Shown here piece after piece: positions 27,865 to 32,000 of a stretch of 32,000 bases of DNA. The stretch covers positions 256,649 through 288,648 of the forward strand of contig NZ_OZ034981.1 in NCBI RefSeq assembly GCF_964030875.1, written 5' to 3'. Origin of the DNA: Candidatus Saccharimonadota bacterium (GTDB taxonomy: Bacteria; Bacteroidota; Bacteroidia; Flavobacteriales; Blattabacteriaceae). Both the position numbers and the translations under genes were made by a program. The notes beneath the pieces are model-generated. The model had not been told where the DNA came from. It ran no database searches and worked only from the letters and a program-made list of their open reading frames with translations. Positions within the stretch are counted from its first letter, which is position 1; every line of letters begins with the position of its first letter.

Positions 27865-28045
27865 TGAACGTGTGACTTTGGTAACTACGGTTACGGTCAG
27901 CTCAACTATAGCGGAACTTTCTTCCACAGCTGTAGGTAAAGTAATTTTAGTGGCGTGTGCCTCCAGCAAATGTTTTCTACAGCCTGGTATACCGCTTTGG
28001 TCCAATCACTTAGGAACAATGCAGTTGAATATACACCACGATTTT
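27865..28045 (+). pseudogene. gapA: internal relic of glyceraldehyde-3-phosphate dehydrogenase (about 60 of about 330 codons)
   Basis: GAPDH blocks are spread over frames: LW.LRLRSAQL.RNFLP (DWRGGRSAxxNIIP), SSTAVGKVI (STGAAKAVGKVIP) and WRVPPANVFYSLVYRF...T.EQC (FRVPTxxVSVVDLTVRLEK..TYEEIC). The segment looks more G+C-rich than its surroundings. pfkA-gap adjacency is common in flavobacteria. Confidence 0.5.
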
Positions 28046-28069
28046 TTAATCCTAAAAATTTATTAAAAA

Positions 28070-29077
28070 ATGGAACGCTATGAAAAAATTATTTACGATT
28101 TCATCAATAAACGATATAAACCAATTTATTTTTTTATGGGTGAGGAATCATACTACATTGATTTAATTAGCCGTTTTATAGAAAAAAACATCTTCTCTAA
28201 AGAGGAAAAGTTTTTTAATCAAATTGTTCTGTACGGTCCAGAAACCGATATAATAAGTGTTATAGAAAAGGCCAGAAAATATCCAATAACAAGTAAATAT
28301 ATAGTAATTATTTTAAAAGAGGCTCAAATGATGGAAAAAAGTATAGAAAAATTAGCTGTTTATGTAGAGGCTCTTATAAGAAGTACGATATTGGTAATAT
28401 GTTATAAAAACAAAGTACTAGATAAGAATAAAAAATTATATAAACTGATACACCATCATGGTGGTGTAGTGTTCAATAGTCAAAAATATCGAGAATACCA
28501 AATTCCCGATTGGATTTCTCGTAAAGTAAAGAGTATGAATAGAAGCATTACTTCAAAAGCACAACAGCTTTTATCTGAATATGCTGGAACTTCTTTATCT
28601 ACTATTGTTCAAGCACTTGAAAAAATTGATTTAGCTTTACCGGAAGGTGCTGAAATTACTCTTTGGGATATTGAGCAGTATACTGGTATAAAAAAGAATT
28701 TAAATATTTTTTCGTGGCAAAGGGCAATAGCTGAGAAAAATTTTCATAAAACGCAAGAAATATCTTTTTTTTTGGGGAAAAACTCCAAAGAATTCCCTAT
28801 CATTTTTTTAATTAACGTGCTTTATCGATTTTTTGTCAATCTTGTAAAGTACCATCTAAGTATTCCTGATTCTAGAGAGAATCTCTCAAAGAGATTAAAT
28901 GTTTTTCCATATATTATAAAATATTATGAAAAAGCCGCACATCATTATTCTTTACAAGAAAATATAAAGATCTTTTACGATCTAAGAGAAGCCGATAAAC
29001 AGTCCAAGGGGATTGATTATCCTCCTCTGTCAGAAAATAATATTTTGCCAGAACTTATTTGTAATATTTTTTTCTAA
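28070..29077 (+). CDS. holA: DNA polymerase III, delta subunit
   Basis: 335-aa ORF. The N-terminal KPIYFFMGEESYYIDLISRFIEKNIFS..EKFFNQIVLYG...IVIILKEAQ matches flavobacterial HolA. Confidence 0.85.
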   Translation: MERYEKIIYDFINKRYKPIYFFMGEESYYIDLISRFIEKNIFSKEEKFFNQIVLYGPETDIISVIEKARKYPITSKYIVIILKEAQMMEKSIEKLAVYVEALIRSTILVICYKNKVLDKNKKLYKLIHHHGGVVFNSQKYREYQIPDWISRKVKSMNRSITSKAQQLLSEYAGTSLSTIVQALEKIDLALPEGAEITLWDIEQYTGIKKNLNIFSWQRAIAEKNFHKTQEISFFLGKNSKEFPIIFLINVLYRFFVNLVKYHLSIPDSRENLSKRLNVFPYIIKYYEKAAHHYSLQENIKIFYDLREADKQSKGIDYPPLSENNILPELICNIFF

Positions 29078-30042
29078 TGGATATAAAATCTATATTAATG
29101 TTAAAAGAATCTGTTCATAATTGTGTTATAATAGGTTCGGGACCAGCAGGTTATTCTGCTGCTATCTATACAGCTCGTGCTGGTCTTAACCCTTTAGTAT
29201 ATGCAGGAAAAAATCCTGGAGGACAGCTTACTACTACTACGCTAGTAGAAAATTATCCTGGTTATCCTAACGGTATAACCGGACCTGAATTAATGGAAAA
29301 TATGAAAAAACAAGCTGAATCTTTTGGTGCCATTGTAAAAAGGCAAACAATTGTAAAAGTTTCCCTAGTTAAGGAAAAAAATGGTATAAATAAACTATAT
29401 ACAGACAATAATGAAAAAGTACTGGCCAAAGCTATCATTATAGCTACAGGAGCTTTATCTAAAGATCTAGGGTTAGAAAGTGAAGAACGATTCAAAGGAT
29501 ACGGAGTTTCTTCGTGTGCTATTTGTGACGGTTTCTTGTATAAAGATAAAGTAGTAGCTGTCGTTGGAGGAGGTGATACAGCCCTTGAAGAAACAATTTC
29601 TCTTTCTCAGAGATGTAAAATAGTATATTTATTGGTGCGAAGTGGTGAATTAAGAGCCTCAAAGGCTATGCAATGTCGTTTATGGAAAATATCGAATCTA
29701 AAAATTTATTTTTATCATGAAATTAAGGAAATTTTAGGTGAGAGGTTTGTTGAAGGTGTGCGAATCATTAACAATAAAAATAAAAAGGAATCTATTCTAT
29801 CCATAGAAGGTATTTTTATAGCTATTGGTCATATTCCTAATACAGCTATCTTTAGGGGACAAATTAATTTGGATCAAATGGGTTATATAATTACTAAAAA
29901 AGGAAGTACACACACCAATATACCTAGTGTTTTTGCTGCTGGAGATGTCCAGGATGCGGTTTACCGTCAAGCGATAACTTCATCTGGTACTGGTTGTATG
30001 GCAGCACTTGATTTAGAACGTTATCTGATGGAAAATCATTAA
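29077..30042 (+). CDS. trxB: thioredoxin-disulfide reductase
   Basis: 321-aa ORF with FAD GSGPAGYSAA, redox-active CAICDG and NADPH GGGDTALEE. Its ATG overlaps the holA TAA (TAATG). Confidence 0.94.
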   Translation: MDIKSILMLKESVHNCVIIGSGPAGYSAAIYTARAGLNPLVYAGKNPGGQLTTTTLVENYPGYPNGITGPELMENMKKQAESFGAIVKRQTIVKVSLVKEKNGINKLYTDNNEKVLAKAIIIATGALSKDLGLESEERFKGYGVSSCAICDGFLYKDKVVAVVGGGDTALEETISLSQRCKIVYLLVRSGELRASKAMQCRLWKISNLKIYFYHEIKEILGERFVEGVRIINNKNKKESILSIEGIFIAIGHIPNTAIFRGQINLDQMGYIITKKGSTHTNIPSVFAAGDVQDAVYRQAITSSGTGCMAALDLERYLMENH

Positions 30043-30298
30043 TTAATTAGTCATGAAGCGTTCTGTATTTATATTTTCGACAGATTCTTACAGTGGTTAA
30101 TTTGCATCTTTTGGGGAAAAACTCCAAATGTGGCTTTTCTTTTACCGATTAAAGAAAATAACAGTGTTATAGATGATTATACTACTACAGTAGTAGACTA
30201 TTTTCAGTTAAAAATGCAGCATGAAGAAACTTTTGTTTTTATTGTTTTTACTAAAAGTGAAGCTGTTACATTATATAATACTGGGAAAAAAAACTAGA

Positions 30299-30335
30299 AG
30301 AATTTTATAGTGGTAGAATTTTATAGTGGTAGAAG
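30299..30335. repeat. 16-bp tandem duplication, about 2.3 copies (AGAATTTTATAGTGGT)
   Basis: Read directly. It lies inside the pta pseudogene and duplicates native sequence that encodes ..NFIVVEG. Confidence 0.9.
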
Positions 30336-30496
30336 GTTATAATTCTATAGCTAAACACCTTCATCTTCCATTTATCACGAATATTTTTCAACAAATAAGG
30401 GTTTAATTTCGGAACTATGATGGTTTACAAAGGATTAGCTTCCGGAATGGTCTCTGGAGCCGTAAATACTACTGCGCAAACTATTCGCCCTGCTCT

Positions 30497-30573
30497 TAAA
30501 CTGTTCCTAAACTGTTCCTAAACTGTTCCTAAACTGTTCCTAAACTGTTCCTAAACTGTTCCTAAACTGTTCC
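30497..30573. repeat. 11-bp x7 perfect tandem array (TAAACTGTTCC)
   Basis: Read directly. Seven identical copies start inside the pta codons for ..IRPALK. Confidence 0.96.
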
Positions 30574-31004
30574 TGTAGTAAACACAGTTTCTTCTATTTT
30601 TTTCATGCTTTTACACGATCGTGTGCTCGTTTATGGAGATTGTGCTATTGTTCCTGATATTACTATTGCTTCGTAAAAAACTGCTCAATATTTTGTGCCG
30701 CAGTAGAGCATAGATACAAAAATTGCTTTACTTTCTTATTCTTCAGTAAATTCTGGTTCAGGAATCCAAGTGGAAAACCGAGCTCCGTCGGACCTATTCA
30801 ATCCTACGCCGCAGTAGATACTATTACAACAAATACCCCATTCTCCTGTAGCCGTACAGTCTAAGGCTAATGTGCTTATTTTTCCTGATCTTAATCCGGT
30901 TACTTATAAAGCAGTGCAAAGAGAAACTAAATCTTTAGCCGAAGGGCTTAATTATTTTAGTCGCGGAGCAACTGCGACTATTATTGTTCCCTCTCAACAT
31001 ATTT

Positions 31005-32000
31005 ATGATTATTAATTCCGTCAGTTCCTCTATAAAATATCAACTCATGGAGATGCCTGAAAATAAAGTCTTTGCCAAAGGGCTCATAGAACGAATAGGA
31101 GGACATCTTCATAAGAAATACTTTAAAAATGGTTCTTGGCAAGAATTAAAGAAAAAAATCTCCTATAACATTTCAGGTTTTGAAAAAATAAATATTTTAC
31201 TATATGATAGCCAAATAGGAGTTATTAAAATTCCTGATGAGATCTTCGCTATTGGTCATAGAGTGGGACATGGGAAAACTATAGAAATTTATAAAAAAGT
31301 AATTCGTTCTGTTTTTCCCTTAAATATTATGGGTATAGAAAAAGTTTTCCCTAAAGCGAAAGAGTTTGCCGTTGCTTTTCATCATAAAATTACTGAAAAA
31401 GCCCATAGGTATGCTTTAATATTTTATATACGTTATGACGTATATCATGGAATAAGTCATCAATCTGTTTACCGTCCTGCAATAAAAATTATTACTCTTC
31501 ATTTAGGAAATGGAGCTAGTATAGCGGTTATTAAGGAAGGCATTTCTACAGATCCCAGTATGGGGTTCGGTCCCAATAGCGTACTTATTATGGTGACTCG
31601 TAGTGGAGATTTAGATACAACAATAATTTTTGACTTTTTAAGTCAGTCGTATAGCCCTGAATCTCTTTACGAGATATTGAATAAAAAAAGTGTAGCCCTA
31701 TCTGGAAACAGCGATATGCGAGATAGTATCCTAAATTAGCCTCTGATATGTATGCTTATCGTATTAAAAAATATATTGGATATTATATAGCAACGGTAAA
31801 CGTAATTGAGGCAATAAGATTTACAGTAGGAGAATTTGTACGAAGTATGATTTGTGATGAAATGGATTTTTTAGGTCTCATCCTAGATGAAAAGAAAAAT
31901 ACTATTAAAGCCTCTGAATACAATAAAAGTCGGGTAAAAATTTTTATAATTCCTACCGATGAAGAAATTGCTAGAGAGGTTTTTTATAAGATGTGGTTAC
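31005..32000 (+). pseudogene. ackA: acetate kinase, degraded (internal deletions, lost motifs, frameshift); runs to the window edge
   Basis: MIINSVSSSIKYQL resembles INSGSSSxKYQL. The HNPANL and DTAFH motifs are absent or degraded, and there is a stop at 31737-31739. The C-terminal part (DMYAYRIKKYIGYY...FIIPTDEEIAREV) continues in another frame. Confidence 0.85.

Larger units (their letters stand above)
30053..31015 (+). pseudogene. pta: phosphate acetyltransferase, heavily deleted and frameshifted
   Basis: MKRSVFIFSTDSYSG(stop) at the start. Later blocks are [80 protein letters not shown] and KANVLIFPDLN..TYKAVQRE, with stops and frame changes. About 0.96 kb remains of an expected long-form pta of roughly 2 kb. 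Confidence 0.87.

Noticed and set aside
27851-28066. 71-aa ORF between pfkA and holA as a real small protein or a structured RNA gene (the segment looks locally G+C-rich).
   Set aside because: I found no 5'/3' end pairing or signature of 6S, SRP, tmRNA or RNase P. The three-frame reading instead matches ordered GAPDH blocks, so it is treated as a gapA relic.
1-32000. Alternative genetic code (UGA recoding), as seen in some tiny symbiont genomes.
   Set aside because: TGA terminates pdhA (10112-10114) and the peroxiredoxin gene (25391-25393) at the expected protein ends. No intact gene requires read-through, so the standard bacterial code fits.
1-32000. Mobile elements, prophage, toxin-antitoxin, restriction-modification or other defence or novel multi-gene systems.
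   Set aside because: Every ORF of meaningful length is accounted for by a housekeeping gene or a recognisable pseudogene. No transposase, integrase or nuclease-like ORFs are present, and no terminal inverted repeats flank any segment.

Overview
Strongly AT-rich, gene-dense window that reads like the reduced genome of a Flavobacteriales-type (Bacteroidota) insect endosymbiont. That assignment is inferred from protein signatures and flavobacterial gene order (pdhA-E2, lpxD-lpxC/fabZ-efp); the exact taxon needs a database search. I support 23 apparently intact protein genes: lipA, a DUF164-like gene, mnmA, dnaJ, grpE, aroK, tilS, pdhA, PDH E2, rpsA, gyrA, aroB, aroC, miaA, htpG, rpmH (missed by the ORF track), efp, sucD, a 2-Cys peroxiredoxin, mtaB, pfkA, holA and trxB. 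There is also one tRNA-Lys(UUU). Decayed genes are lpdA, ndh, gapA, pta, ackA, lpxC/fabZ and probably lpxD; mnmE is broken at an A10 tract. I see no mobile element, CRISPR array, defence island or novel operon, so I do not claim a new system. The unusual signal is structural. First, perfect short tandem arrays (7, 9, 11, 12, 16, 26 and 28 bp units) sit either inside pseudogenes or exactly on the start codons of intact gyrA and pfkA, where they create short upstream ORFs. Second, exact 56-, 24- and 20-bp copies of intact-gene sequence lie 0.5-1.3 kb from their source, two of them inside pseudogenes. Third, decay is selective: energy metabolism and lipid A genes are eroded, while shikimate-pathway and information-processing genes are intact.
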